From Octopus sinensis (lineage: Eukaryota): a stretch of DNA of 64,000 nt. How positions within the stretch are numbered: the stretch's first letter is position 1; every line of letters starts with the position of its first letter. Of the stretch, positions 36,425 to 49,786 are shown piece by piece. The notes under the pieces are model-generated. The model was not told the origin of the DNA. It saw only the letters and a program-made list of their open reading frames with translations, and did not search any database. Both the position numbers and the translations under genes were made by a program. Location of the stretch: positions 202,740,001 through 202,804,000 of the forward strand of contig NC_042997.1 of NCBI RefSeq assembly GCF_006345805.1. Reading direction: 5' to 3'.

Positions 36425-38775
36425 CTTTTGTTAGGAGTGGTCCACATAACCATTCATCATATAGAGCCTGGGAGTGAATCATTGTCACATGCTACTTAGT
36501 CCAAACATATGTCATATCGATCACTCCTCTTATCAAGTCCATTTACACATTTCTCAATACATACTTCCCCCACTCATTTTATGCCTCCATCATAGATGGG
36601 TAGATTTGATAGTAATAATAGCAACAATTTCTAACATATATGGCCGTACAATTAAGAAGTTTGTGTCCCAGCCATGATAGCTCAAGGCCAACCAAAGCCT
36701 TGTGTGTGGATTTGGAAGACAGAAACTGAAAAAAAAACTTCTGTCATACATACATACGTATGTATGTATGTATGTATGTATGTATGTATGTATGTATGTA
36801 TGTATGTATGTATGCATGTATGTATGCATGCATGCATGTATATACGTATGTATGTGATGTGATGCGTGTGTGTGTGCTTGTGTATGTATGTGTGTTTATG
36901 TATTCATGTGTCTAGGTGTATGTGTCTATATTTCCCTTGTCTTTATGTGTATTCACTTGCTGGTTGTAAACAGAGGCTTTGCAAATAGTGTCATTTGCTT
37001 GAGTTCACCATAAAAGCATGTCCAGGCTTCTTAACATGTTTTGATATGTTGTGTGATCTTTGTAAAGAAAAGACTAATTCATGCAGTGTCATTTGTTTCC
37101 ATTTCTCTGCATAAAACATATTCAGGCTGTTTGTTGATCAACAAACTAGGAGGCCAAATTTGGAAACAAATGGTGATTGGCAACAGGATGGAGGTTGGCA
37201 CAAATGGTGCTTGGCGCAAATGGTGCTTGGCACAAATGGTGCTTGGCACAAATGGTGCTTGGCGTAAATGGTGTTGTATGGCACAAATGGTGCTGGGCAG
37301 CAAGATGGGGGTTAGCATCTGGCCATAGAAAAATCTGCCTCAACATACTCTCATCTTGAGAATATGTTGTTGCAAGCATTGAAATGTGAATGTTAAAACA
37401 ATGATGATGATGATGATAATGATGATAACATGAGACCAAAACTTTAGGTTTTGGTTTTTATAGACTAAATCAACCTTAGCACTTGACTTGTACTAATTTT
37501 ATCAACCCCATGCTACCGCCCTTCAATAGGACGAAGGGAAAAGTCAACCACTCAAGATTTGAACTCAGAAGATAAAAGGACACAGCTAAATACCACGAAA
37601 CAATTAAGTCTGACGCCTTACTGATTCTGCCAAGTAGCAACAGCAGCAACAACAGCATCAATAATTAAAAATAACCAATAAAGCAAAGAAGAAAAAGCTG
37701 CTAATGGTATTTAAGAACTCATCTTTTCAATGACTAGAATTTAATTTGATGTTCAAAGTAAATTTTCATTTGTATTGAAGAGAGGAAAAAAAATTTTTCG
37801 TTCTAAATTACTAGGGTGTTTTGGTAAAAATATTAGCTGCCTCACTGACATTTTAAAGCTATAGTCAGATCAAACTAACATGTTATTTGATTTCATTATT
37901 GATCTGCTAAATCAGACTGTAAATTTCATTCGAGTGCTTTTCATATTTCGATGGTGGAAACATTTAGAGGTTCCAATGAAAGAGATCTGCAAAAATATAT
38001 TTGTTCTTATATTTTCTCAAAGTTAAGGTTTCCACATAATGGCTCTCTTCGAATAAAAGAGCAAAGCATTAGGATTAGAGGCTAGATTCACAAGATTAAT
38101 GTTTGTTTGAACTTCTAAAAAGAAAATAAATATAAAAATAAAAAGAATAAAAAGATATAACAATGGAAAATTCCAGAGAACAGTATTAATAAACAGTTGC
38201 CATATGATTTGAAATATGGTTTTTGAGGCTTGGTCAAATGATGGTAATGGAGTTGGAGTGTTTGAGTGTATATGATGGCTTAAGTGGTTTAATATAATAT
38301 CAGTGGCCTCTTAGAAGAGAAAAAGATAGTTTACAAACAACAGAGGTGTAAACAACAAATGAATACAAACCAAATTGAAGACTATCGTTTTACCTTACTC
38401 AAATACCATCCCCTTCACCACCACTACCACTCTCAGTCCCCCCCCCCCAGTCATTTTCCTACAAGAAAATGGTCATGATGTTTTTCTCTGTTTCTTTGTC
38501 AGTAAAAGAAAAAAACAATTCCCCGCCAAAATTTATCAAAAACTAAAACAACAACAAAAACAACAATAAACAGGATATTGATATTTTATGTTTTGAAAAA
38601 AAAAAGTGTTAAAATTTGAAGTAAAGCCATAAAAGGAAATTATATTTCCCAATCAAATTGTTGTTGCTGTCATTGTTTAAATATAAGTCTGTTACATTGG
38701 AAGCATTTCATACAAAATGGTATTTCAGTTTAAGAAAGATTTACTTTTAAGTAGTATGTGTGCATGTGTATAAGC

Positions 38776-39010
38776 ATCATCATCATCGTTTAATGTCTGC
38801 TTTCCATGATGGCTTGGAATGGACAGTTTGACTGAGGTCTGGAAAGCCAAGGGCTGCACCAGGCTCCAATCTGATCTAGCAATGTTTCTACTGCTGGATG
38901 CCCTTCCTAACACCAACCATTCTGAGAGTGTAGTGGGTGCTTTTTACTTACCACTGGAAAGGAGCCAGTCAGAGGGCACTGGCATTAACTACATTCAGAT
39001 GGTGCTTTTC
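38776..39010 (-). mobile_element. RTE 3'-UTR tail
   Basis: catcatcgtttaatgtc..gctggatgcccttccta. Confidence 0.88.
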
Positions 39011-39034
39011 GTGTGCATGTATATATATATATAT

Positions 39035-39325
39035 GCCATCCGATCATGGCCGTTGCCAGCCTCGCCTGGCCCCCGTGCCGGTGGCACGTAAAAAGCACCA
39101 TCCGATCATGGCCGTTTGCCAGCCTCGGCTGGCATGTAAAAAGCACCCACTACACTCACAGAGTGGTTGGCATTAGGAAGGGCATCCAGCCATAGAAACA
39201 TTGCCAGATCAGACTGGGCCTGGAGCAGCATTCTGGCTTCCCAGACCCCAGTTGAACTGTCCAACCCATGCTAGCATGGAAAGCAGACGCTAGACGATTA
39301 TGATGATGATGATGATGATGATGCA
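39035..39325 (+). mobile_element. RTE 3'-UTR tail, head-to-head with 38776-39010
   Basis: Tandem units, then ggcattaggaagggcatccagcc, then (gat)n. Confidence 0.9.
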
Positions 39326-40004
39326 TATATACATACATACATACATACATATATATATATCATCATCTAATATCACTTGTCCATGCTTGCATAGGCCAGA
39401 CAGAGCTTGTTAAGGTAGATTCTCTATGGCTAGATGACTTTCTTGTCACCAACTCTCTGTTTCCAAGCAAGACAACATTTTCGCATTGCCAGGCATGGGA
39501 AGACTGAAAATGAGCAACTTTGCTTGTATGCTGATGATGCTCATTTCCAACTATCACATGATGTCTAGACACTTAAACACACACACACGTGCGCGCGTGT
39601 GTGTGTTAACCAAATCCACTCACCAATGTTTTGATCAAACTGAAGCCATAGTTGAGGACACTGGCCCAAGGTGTCACATAGTGGATGGCTGTAACTATCA
39701 AAGTTTCGAAATAAAGTCAAATTAAGCTTGGTCCAAACTGAATGTGAAATAGTCTCTATGAAGGAGATGAATAACCAAGATTCATTTAAAAGTTGTGGAG
39801 GAGTAGGCATTATGAAATATAGGAATATGGACCTGTGGTTGAGCAATGGGCACATAGCAGAGACTATGGATGTAGAGTAAGAAAGCCTGAACAGGTGACT
39901 GGTAATAGGGATTAGTCAAGAGATTAAAGCATGAGAAAGTGATGAGGAAGAAGTAAAGTGAGATAGGATAAAATGAGAAAAATAGAAGAAATAAAATAAA
40001 CTCA

Positions 40005-40495
40005 TAATATTCCTTTCCACTATTGGCACAAAGTCTTAAATTTTAGGAGAAGGGGTTAGTCAATTATATTGACCCCAGTCAATATAATTGACTAACCCCT
40101 TCTCCTAAAATTTCAGGCGGCGAACTGGCAGAAACGTTAGCACGCCGGGCGAAATGCATAGCCGTATTTCGTCTGTCGTTACGTTCCGGGTTCAAATTCC
40201 GCCGAGGTCGACTTTGCCTTTCATCCTTTCGGGGTCGATAAATTAAGTACCAGTTACGCACTGGGCTCGATGTAATCGACTTAATCCCTTCGTCTGTCCT
40301 TGTTTGTCCCCTCTGTGTTTAGCCCCTTGTGGGTAGTAAAGAAATATATATTGACCCCAGTACTTGACTGGTACTTATTTTTATCAACCCCGAAAGGATG
40401 GAAGGCAAAGTCAGCTTTGATGGAACTTGAACTCAGAATGTAAAGACAGACGAAATGCCATTAAACATTCTGTCAGGATTGCTAGTTCACTGCCT
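40005..40495 (-). mobile_element. Older SINE family 2 copy hosting a younger insertion
   Basis: ccccgaaaggatggaaggcaaagtc..tttgaactcagaatgtaaagacagacg. Confidence 0.8.
40115..40346 (+). mobile_element. Young SINE family 2 with 15-bp TSD tatattgaccccagt
   Basis: ggcggcgaactggcagaaacgttagc..gttcaaattcc..gcctttcatcctttcggggtcgataaattaagtacc; TSD at 40065-40079 and 40347-40361. Confidence 0.92.
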
Positions 40496-42464
40496 AAGGA
40501 ACTCCTAATATTGATTCTGTACAAGTTTTAGTTTTGGGTTTCTATAGCTTTCACTTTCTCTCTCTCTATGTATATGTCTGTGTGTGAATTTTGTATGTGC
40601 ATGGGGGTGGGGATTGCCTCCTTGTCTTGATATCACACAATAGTTGTGAGTGTCACTGTCATTCAAACAATGTTTTTAGTTCCAATTTTGCATAAAAAAA
40701 AGAACTCCGTTAGGTGGTTGGTGTTAGAAAGGGCACCCAGCCATAAAAGCCATGCCAAAACAGACAGTGAAGCCTGTCTTAGCCAACTCCTATCAATCCA
40801 TCCTACCCATGCCAGCATGGACAATGGATGTTAATTGATGATGATGATAATGATGTCTGGCCATGGGAATATATTACCTTACTTGGAAATGGAAGAGAGG
40901 GCATCTGACCATAGAAAATCTACTTCACTGAATTCTGTCTGACCTATGGGAAATGGTTAAAGAAATAATGTCAAATGAAAAATGCAAGAGAGAGAGAGAG
41001 AGTCAGAGTAGTAAAGCAAAGTGTAGCAAGGAGAGAAGATGAAGAAGTTGTGTAGGAGGAGAGGCAGGGATAGCCCATGTTATATATGGGTAGATAGTAT
41101 GGTACAGCGGAGAGATGGCTAAGATGATGGTGGTCAGTCTATATCCTGAGGGTAACATGTCCAAGAGAGCATGGTGATAGGAGAGTAATGGAGAGCAGGC
41201 AAAGATATACATTTTACTTTTGACAATCTTTTTCTAAAAAAGTGAAACCGGTGAAGTGAATAAACATCTTTAAAATTGCATTTTCAAACCTTCTTTCATA
41301 TATATTTCCACTCATGCGGTACATTACAATTTCACTTTGTTATATATCTATGCATATATTACCAACATACACTTTTCTGTGCTGGCATTGGTTGAACAGT
41401 TTTTCTGAAGCAATATATTAAGCCTAGATGCTCTTTCCATCTTCTACTCTTTTGATAATTGCTTCTGATGTGTTGGAATATAATGGTACATATACAAGCT
41501 CTAATTTATGGGAAAGAACACCTCCCAACAACAAATGACTTGGACCATAACAACCTACCTAACTCATTCCAGCATGGAAAGTAGATATAAAATGATGATG
41601 ACGATGATGATAATAATGAGAAGAAAGGAGAGGATGGTGGTGATGAAGGTGATGACAATGATGATGGTGGTGATGGTGATCATGACTATGATCAATGCCA
41701 ATTCTGATGCTGACAATGATGATGACAATGACAGCAATAATGATGATGATGATGATGATTATGGTAATTAAAATGAAGTTCTGTGTGAAGTTAAAATACA
41801 AGAATATCTTTCATCTGTTTTTGATTCTATCATTTCACAACTAAGATATTTTACATTCATATTTTTAGCCAATAATTACCTAAATATGCAATTTTAGGTT
41901 CTGTATTCGTGTCTGCTCGATTGCATGAGCGCATGTGTGTGTATCTGTGTGTACATGTGTGTAGTATGCATGTGTGTGCATGTATGTGCATGTGTGTGTG
42001 CCCTTGCATGTGTGTGGATGTATATGTGTATTAAAACCAGTACCCCCACTAACCTATCCACCCACTGTTCCCAAATGCAGCGATAAAGATTTTCCATTTA
42101 TTTCCTTAGAAATGAAGCCAAGAAAAAAATAATCAGATAAATTTATGAAAAGATTCAATAGTTTTCCAATTGATCAAATGAATTGCAGTCTTACACATTT
42201 ACTAATTCCATAAATAATTTACGAATTCTATAAATAAAATGACAAAAAGAAGAAATCTAATTTCCCTAACACCAATCTAAATTTATGTAGATGTTCTTAG
42301 TTGTGAAGGTCAGGTATAGGTTTAAGTGTTGTTGTTGTTACTGGAGGTGTTGGTAGTGGTGTTGGTGGTTGTAATGATGGTTGTCTCCAAGTCTGCCTCA
42401 ACTGAGCAGCAGACTTATGATAAAAGACAATATTTCAGTCAAGATGACTTTGTCTTTGTTTCAG

Positions 42465-42545
42465 ACTCATTGTGGAAGCAGATGTGTGGGACCACTTCTG
42501 TTCTTGTTTGGTTGGGAGATGTATGATATTTGTTCATGCATGCAA
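42465..42545 (+). CDS. Candidate 81-nt symmetric internal exon (LIVEADVWDHFCSCLVGRCMIFVHAC or THCGSRCVGPLLFLFGWEMYDICSCMQ)
   Basis: Strong acceptor tttgtctttgtttcAG and donor CAA|GTAAGT; two frames open; protein not recognised. Confidence 0.35.
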
Positions 42546-44070
42546 GTAAGTTTGATACATCACTTCTGGGTTGAAAGTTGTTGGAGTTGTATTATAGTAG
42601 AGTACTGCTAACCACTTGTCACTTGTGAGCCAGTGTGGCTTTGTAACATGTACCATGCTTTTGCTAATTGTTTTGGCAGATGTAGAATATTTGCTCATTT
42701 CATCATCATCATCATCATCATCATTATCATCGTTGTCGTCATCATTATCATCATTGTCATCATCACCATTGTCACCGCCATTGTCACCCCACCACCACCA
42801 CGGTGTTTATGTTTGATCACAATTACATAAACACCAAAAACAATTAGTAAAAGCATGGTATGTATAGCAAAGCCTTCCTCACTTGTGAATGAAGGTGGTT
42901 AGTATTTAGAATTTTTTTCTTTTTTGCCACAATGCATTTTAAATAATGGAAGAATATTAACTATCTTTTATAAACATGAAAAGGATATATTAATATATTA
43001 CTCTACTGACTAAAAATATTACATAATCTGTCAATCAATCTTGTCTTCTGCAACATAAATATTGTCACAATAAACATGATATTCACATACACCTGTCACA
43101 TTTTTGTCAATTGCAGTATTTAAAAAACAAAACAAAAACAGTGACATGATTTAGAGATAAGAAATAGCCGAAAGATAAAGCTTAAGTATTGTGGGTTTAA
43201 AAATATATGGTAGACATGTTTATTGAGCTTCTGGGAGATTCAAGAAAATTTATATTGTTACATTTAACCTAATTGTAAGAAATAAATATCAGGCTTTGGG
43301 GAGCTGGGCAGAAATAGCTATAGATATTTTGCAGGTAAAGAAATCCTTGCAGGGTAGAGAAATCTACATAAGTCGATGTACTTTGTCAACAGAGATATAT
43401 TTGGCAGATAGAGGTACCCTTGCATGTAGATATCTATATTGGAGTTGAGATATCTACCTAATAAGTTATACTTTATTGGTAGCTGTATCATGTGGCAATA
43501 ATATTTAGTGGATAGATATTGTACATCAACCTATGAGGGATAAAAAACAATGTTGACCTATATATGAATTCTAACTCAATAAAAATAGTGTCATAACTAA
43601 GTGCTGCAGACAATTTGTCTCACATTCTAAGAAGCCTCCCAAAGTTCCTCTGTTTTATACAGGAATGCTTTAGGAAAAATAATATTACATCATTTAGTTT
43701 ATGATAACAAATCCTTTTATTTGATTTAGATCAGTGGATGTCAGACATACTGGAGTGCCAGATGTTATTTTATTATGTCCCTTTATATTCTAATGTGAAA
43801 TTCCCGTAGGATCAACTTTACCACTTATTACTGAGGGGAAGGGATGATCAAATAAAATACCAGTAAACTACAAGAATCCGTTTAATGGACTAAATCCTAC
43901 TTTACAAAGAATTTCTTAATCTTGTGCCAGTAAGTGACATATGAATCTCTTTTTGATTCCATAGCTATCAGTTTCTTTCTAAAGGATACGAATATCATCA
44001 GCAATGTACTGCAGTTTCTACACAAATAAATTTTAATGTGAATATTAAACAAGAGAATTGGTATTTAAAA

Positions 44071-44372
44071 TTTCACCAAAATGTATTTAATGTTTTACCA
44101 AAATATATTTAACATTCCACCAAAATATATTTATTGTTTTTACCAAAAGATATTTAATGCTTCGCCATCATATAAATTTACATTTATCAAAATGTATTTA
44201 ACATTTCAAAACAATATATTTAATGCTTCTCCAAAATATATTTAATGCTTCACCAAAATATATTTAATATTTCACCAAAATACATTTTATGTTTTTACCA
44301 AAATACATTTAATGTTTTCACTAAAATATACTTAATGTTTTTATAAAAATATATTCAATGTTTTACCAAAAA
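44071..44372. repeat. AT-rich minisatellite, about 23-bp unit, about 13 copies
   Basis: Recurrent ttc/ttt-accaaaatatatttaatg. Confidence 0.85.
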
Positions 44373-44434
44373 TGGTAATTTCCGTGGCTTAGAATCAATA
44401 GTGTATATCATATTCAAAACAGTCCAAATATTTC

Positions 44435-44700
44435 CAGTAATGATGTCCAAAGTTTGCAATGGGTAGAACATATAGAATTTCTATCAACACCCTTCTTACA
44501 TATCAAGCAGGGCTATCTCCCTGAAGATACTTGTGATCTGTCTGTTTTCCTACTTGCCAGGACTTTGGTTCAAAATTAACTTAGATTCCAGGCCTTGCTT
44601 CCATACCTGAAATCTCTTCTCTAGGTCAGGTGTTGCTTCTAGAATTCAAAGTCTTCTGATGCACATGATACCTTTTTATGTTATTAGTTAGAAAACTTTT
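44435..44700 (-). mobile_element. RTE LINE fragment (end of RT plus Cys-rich finger)
   Basis: Minus strand: DLEKRFQVWKQGLESK..KVLASRK..PCLICKKGVDRNSICSTHCKLWT. Confidence 0.75.
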
Positions 44701-44759
44701 AAACTCTGACTTGGCCTTGCAGAAAATTATCACCATCATTATCATCATCATCATCATTT

Positions 44760-44955
44760 CTCTCTTTATATGTTGGACCACTGAACTCTACATGTTTTTT
44801 TCATTATCTCTCTATCTATTTCCTCTTATTCCTTTCTGCTGAAGTGCATAGGTTCAAAATGTAAAAGACTTTTTTTTTTTCAGAGCATCAAACTAATATA
44901 CTTTCTTGTTGTTCCTACACCTGTCTTCATCTTTGGTTTTTCTATAATTTTCAAC

Positions 44956-44958
<3 letters not shown>
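44760..44958 (+). mobile_element. Decayed Neptune pLTR (family B)
   Basis: cctttctgctgaagtgcataggttcaaaatgtaaaagac..gagcatcaaactaata..; ends at (TA)n. Confidence 0.7.
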
Positions 44959-44997
<39 letters not shown>

Positions 44998-44998
<1 letters not shown>

Positions 44999-45178
44999 AA
45001 AAAGCACCCACTACACTCGCGGAGTGGTTGGCGTTAGGAAGGGCATCCAGCTGTAGAAACTCTGCCAGATCAGACTGGAGCCTGGTGCAGCCCCTGGCTT
45101 CCCAGACCCCGGTCGAACCGTCCAACCCGTGCTAGCATGGAAAACGGACGTTAAACAATGATGATGATGATGATGAGA
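44998..45178 (+). mobile_element. Young RTE 3'-UTR tail
   Basis: gtaaaaagcacccactacactcgcggagtgg..(gat)n. Confidence 0.92.
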
Positions 45179-46462
45179 GAGAAAGATTGGCAGATATACA
45201 GAGATAAATATAGATATACAAATGATGATAATACACACACACAAACACACATATGAACAGACACACATGCACACACACACGCACGCACGCGAGCAGATGA
45301 ATATTTATACAAGTTCACACCCGTACATATTTATATACAACTCAAATGCTGACAACTACATGGACACTCGTTTGATGTACTTTTAAATTTGTAGTATTAC
45401 TAATAGATATTAGTTTTCCTGAAATACAGTAAATTGACCATTTTTCGTGTTTTCTTATTACTTGTGTGATGTCTTGTTTGCTGAGGAGATCAATTTCTTC
45501 CAATCAATTCTTATTCTTATGCTAAAGGTTATCCTACAGTGACTCACCAGCCTAAAAGATCAGCTGTAGTATTATAGCTCCTAAATTTTTTTTAGTGTCT
45601 TTCTAAATTACTATTAATGTTGTGGGCACAAAATTAGGTTGTATATACTTTAAATAGTTCACCATGATGGCTACCTCAGTATCTCAGATACTGAATTAAA
45701 TTAATTTAATTATTAATTTTCTTTTAGAGTAACTTGAATATAATTTTTTAAAAAATCTGTTTAAAAGAAAATAAATAATTGTAAAACAAAAGATACTGAC
45801 AATCTTTACACTTCATTTTATTCTTTTCTTTGTTTAATGGCACGTGGTATTTTAATGGCATAAAAGAAACTGGTAGTATAAGTACCAGGCTTTAAAAACA
45901 TTGATAGGTTCGATTAGTGCCCCAGCATGGTATCAGTCTAATGACTGGAACATGTAAAAGATAAAAAATAAAGGTAATGCTTATTGTTCTAAATAATAAT
46001 GAAATTAATACAGGCATACATCATTTTGATTTAAGTCATTCTCAATTATATGTTGGTTTTCAAAAATAATTTATGGAAAGATAAAAATCAAATTAAGTCG
46101 TTTTACTTGACTTTACATCTGTCTACCACAAATATTGGAATCATAAAATCACTAGAAAACCATTAAAAGCACATAAAATCATGTTACTGTACAATATATA
46201 AGAATAAAAGCATATAAAATCATATTAAAATACATACAGTAAATGTTAAGATACACACTATAAAGTAGTGTAAAGATACACACCATAAAGTAGTGTAGCT
46301 CAGTGAACAAAATCATGAAATCAGCTGTGTTGTCATATTTATCAGTCTTTTGGAGCTCATATTGCACTGTCATTCACGATTGTTTTGAATTCAGATTTGT
46401 TTACATCTGTTTATCGGCTGCTTTCTCATTCTCATTCATTTGTGACCTTATTTTTTGCTCCA

Positions 46463-46650
46463 ATGGCTCCTAAGAAAATTCATTGTGAAAGTGCTGAGCG
46501 TCATGCTATAACACTGGAAGATAAACTGGCTATGATAAAACACCATGAAAAAGGTGAAAATGTGTTAGCAATTGTATGATCTTTTGGGATGAGTCAGACA
46601 ACTGTATTGACGATTGTACGTAATAACGACAAGATTTTAGCAAACATGGT
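46463..46650 (+). mobile_element. Tigger/pogo transposase N-terminal CENP-B/psq HTH remnant
   Basis: MAPKK..RHAITLEDKLAMIKHHEKGENVLAIV*SFGMSQTTVLTIVRNNDKI. Confidence 0.75.
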
Positions 46651-48659
46651 TTTTATCAGCCATGTATTATTGAAAATGCATTCATAAATAAAGTACAAAA
46701 CTGGTAATGGATATTATTGGTTTAGCCTAGAGATAAGTAACTTCAGCCTAGAGACAAGTTGATTCGACTTAAGTTGTGCCTCCTGGAACCAATCAACAAC
46801 ATAGGATGAGGTATGCCTGTATATCCATACTAAGTTCTCACCCACTCCTCCCTATCTTCCCTACTTATCACTCATTACTTAACACTTCATTGATTATATT
46901 CACTCCTTCACCTATTCTCCAGTTGTCACTCTCGCATACACTGTTGCAACTTCTACCCCCTAACACTCTTGGGTCTTCTGTTCCCGTTCACCTTGTACCT
47001 TGAAGATTCACCTAGACATCTTATCACCACTATTTTTATCTCATGCCAGCTCCAGCTTGATCAGTCCCACTCTCCTAAAATTTGTGTTGCCATGTAGCTC
47101 CTCTACACCAAGAAACCTGTTCTACTCTGGCCCCTTCTCTCATACTTTCATCAGTTCATTTTCTGCTACTGTGAAAATGTGTTTGAAGCCACTATTATTA
47201 CACTTAGTTTTAACTAAACCCAATTGACAGATTTGAATTTTCAGCTGTTCTGTTATATAAATTACTGATATACCAGCAATGGTTACTTTTTTATACCAAA
47301 TTTACCACAAGGTACATCAAAATGCTTTAGCCACCAAAAACTTACTAGATACAGTTGAAAGGGATACAGTTGTAAAAGTTTATATAACTTCATCTTGGAG
47401 AGTAAAAGAGGAATCAACTGGGTATCATAATTGTTGTTTCAAGTATTTTTATACATTTATCAGTAATCAGTTAACTTGTATTTTACTGTCACTGATATTT
47501 ATTTAATTTTCAAATGCATCATCAGCATCACGTCTGTTCTTCCATGCTTCATGGGTCAGTGACAAATAACACCTTTAGCATGGAAAATAAAAAATGCTTG
47601 CATGTCAGTAATTTATGACACTATGATGTTATGATCATCAATAGAAAATTCATCTTCCACATTGGTCAGTCTACATTGAGGAATTAAAAGAAATGTAAGG
47701 AAAGAGAAAATCCTTTGATGGTGGAGGGGTGACAGACATTCAGTCTTCATTCTGTGCAACACTTTAATAATTCTACCAATCCACCACCCTGGACATTTTT
47801 CATTGATGTTCTCTTCTACTCTAGGCACAAGGCCCAAAAGTTTGGGGGAGGGAACCAGTTGATTAGATCGACCTCAGTAGGCAACTGGTATTTAACTTAT
47901 CGACCCCCAAAAGGATGAAAGTGATTTATAAAATACTTTTTCTCATTAAATATTCTTCTCAAAAGTGTGTTTTATTTGACCAATAAATCACTGCTTGGTA
48001 TCATTCTTTTTGCTTTCTTTATTGACTTAATTCCAGCTTATGTGAAGCTAGCATTCCAGTCAGTCAGTCAATCCTTTAAGTAGCAGAATTGGTTTAACTA
48101 ACTCAGCAAAATTCTTCTTCTATTGTCATTTACTTAGTGGGTATATACATCTTTTTGAAAGTTCCAAGTATTTTCATTTCTGTTGGTTATGTAACCAATT
48201 TATTTTTAAAAATCTATATTTTATTCAGATTTGTATCAGCAGAGCAACATGGGAACTGAGGATGCCATTTAGATTTACTGTGGAACAATTACAAATTTAT
48301 ACGATTTTTCACTTGCTTATATCTTGAGTGATTTTTTGGCAAAATGTGCTAATACTCTTTGCAGAGTTCAAAGAATTTCATAAGTTTTTCATTTCCCATT
48401 AATGTTACAAATTTCTTTGAAAACTTTCATAGTGTGCACTTAAATTTTTTATGTTGATGTTCCATTGTGGAGTTTCTGTATTTGAAGAGCAATACTACTA
48501 CTCTTTGCACTAGTTATATATTGAAACACACTTGAAATATGTTAAAGAGATTATCTTTTAAATGAATTATGGCTGTAAAAGCCTGAATTGAAAGATTCAA
48601 ATCTTTGCTGTCACTGTAGACTATCTATTAGGATAATAGTAATATAATTCCAGTTATAT

Positions 48660-49205
48660 GTTCATCATCATCATCATTATCATCATCATCATCATCGTTT
48701 AATGTCTGTTTTCGATGCTGGCATGGGTTGGATGGTTTGACTGAGGTCTGGTGAGCCAGTGGCTGCACCAAGCTCCAATCTGATCTGGCAATGTTTCTAC
48801 AGCTGGATGCCCTTCCTAACGCCAACCACTCCAAGAGTGTAGTGGGTGCTTTTTACATGCCACCAGCACAGGAGCCAGTCAGTGGGTACTGGCATCGGCC
48901 ATGTTCAGATGGTGGATTTTATGTGCCACCAGCACAAGAACCAGTCGGGGAGTACCGACATCAGCCACTCTCAGATGGTGCTTTTTTATGTGCCACCGAC
49001 ACAGGAGCTACTCAGGTCTACTGGCACCAGCCACGTTCAGAAGGTGCTTTTTATGTGCCACTTCCACAGGAGCCAGGGAGTACTGGCATCGGCCACTTCA
49101 GATGGTACTTTTTTACGTGCCACCGGCATATGAGCCAGTCAGGTGTACTGGCATCATCCACGTTCAGAAGGTGCTTTTTACATGCCACCGGCACAGGAGC
49201 CAGTC
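48660..49205 (-). mobile_element. RTE 3'-UTR tail with 6 tandem stem-loop units of about 65 bp
   Basis: Repeated gtgctttttacgtgccaccggcacaggagccagtca at 48845-49205. Confidence 0.9.
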
Positions 49206-49524
49206 AAGCTGACTAAAACGTTTGTGCCTCAACTACTTAGTATTGGGTTTAGTCTCAATGCATGACACCTTTAGCAAGTGTTTTCTTCTGACCAAAGCAT
49301 TGTGAGTAGTTTTGTATGTTTGTGAGTATGAGTGTATGTATGTTTGTGTCACCTTGTCTTGACATTGTTTGATAGTTATAAATGAGTGTCACTGTCACAC
49401 AAGCAGTGTCATTCACTCTCCAATGTCTTCTGAACACATTTCTTGCCATAGGGAAACAGGTAGATTCTGGAGTAAATCTTCAGCTGCGATATTGCTCTGC
49501 TGATACAAATCTGACTAAAATATT

Positions 49525-49746
49525 CTTTTATTATTTTACTTGTTTCAGTCATTTGACTGCAGCCATGCTGGAGCACTAACTTAAAGGGTTTTAGTTGAAC
49601 AAATCGACTCCTGGACTTAGTTTTTCACTTTTTTAAGCCTAGTACTTATTCAATTAGTCTCTTTTGCTTAACCACCAAGTTACAGAGACATAAACATACC
49701 AACACCAGTTGTTAAGTGGTGGTGGAGGGACAAACACAGACACAAA

Positions 49747-49786
<40 letters not shown>

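Noticed and set aside
43320-43520. Faint periodic gcaggtagagaaatc-like pattern
   Set aside because: Too degenerate to define a unit; no open frame or structure
47346-47393. 48-nt minus-strand exon-like segment (MKLYKLLQLYPFQLYL) with a GTAAGT donor
   Set aside because: The peptide is internally repetitive, the acceptor is AAG, and there is no supporting context
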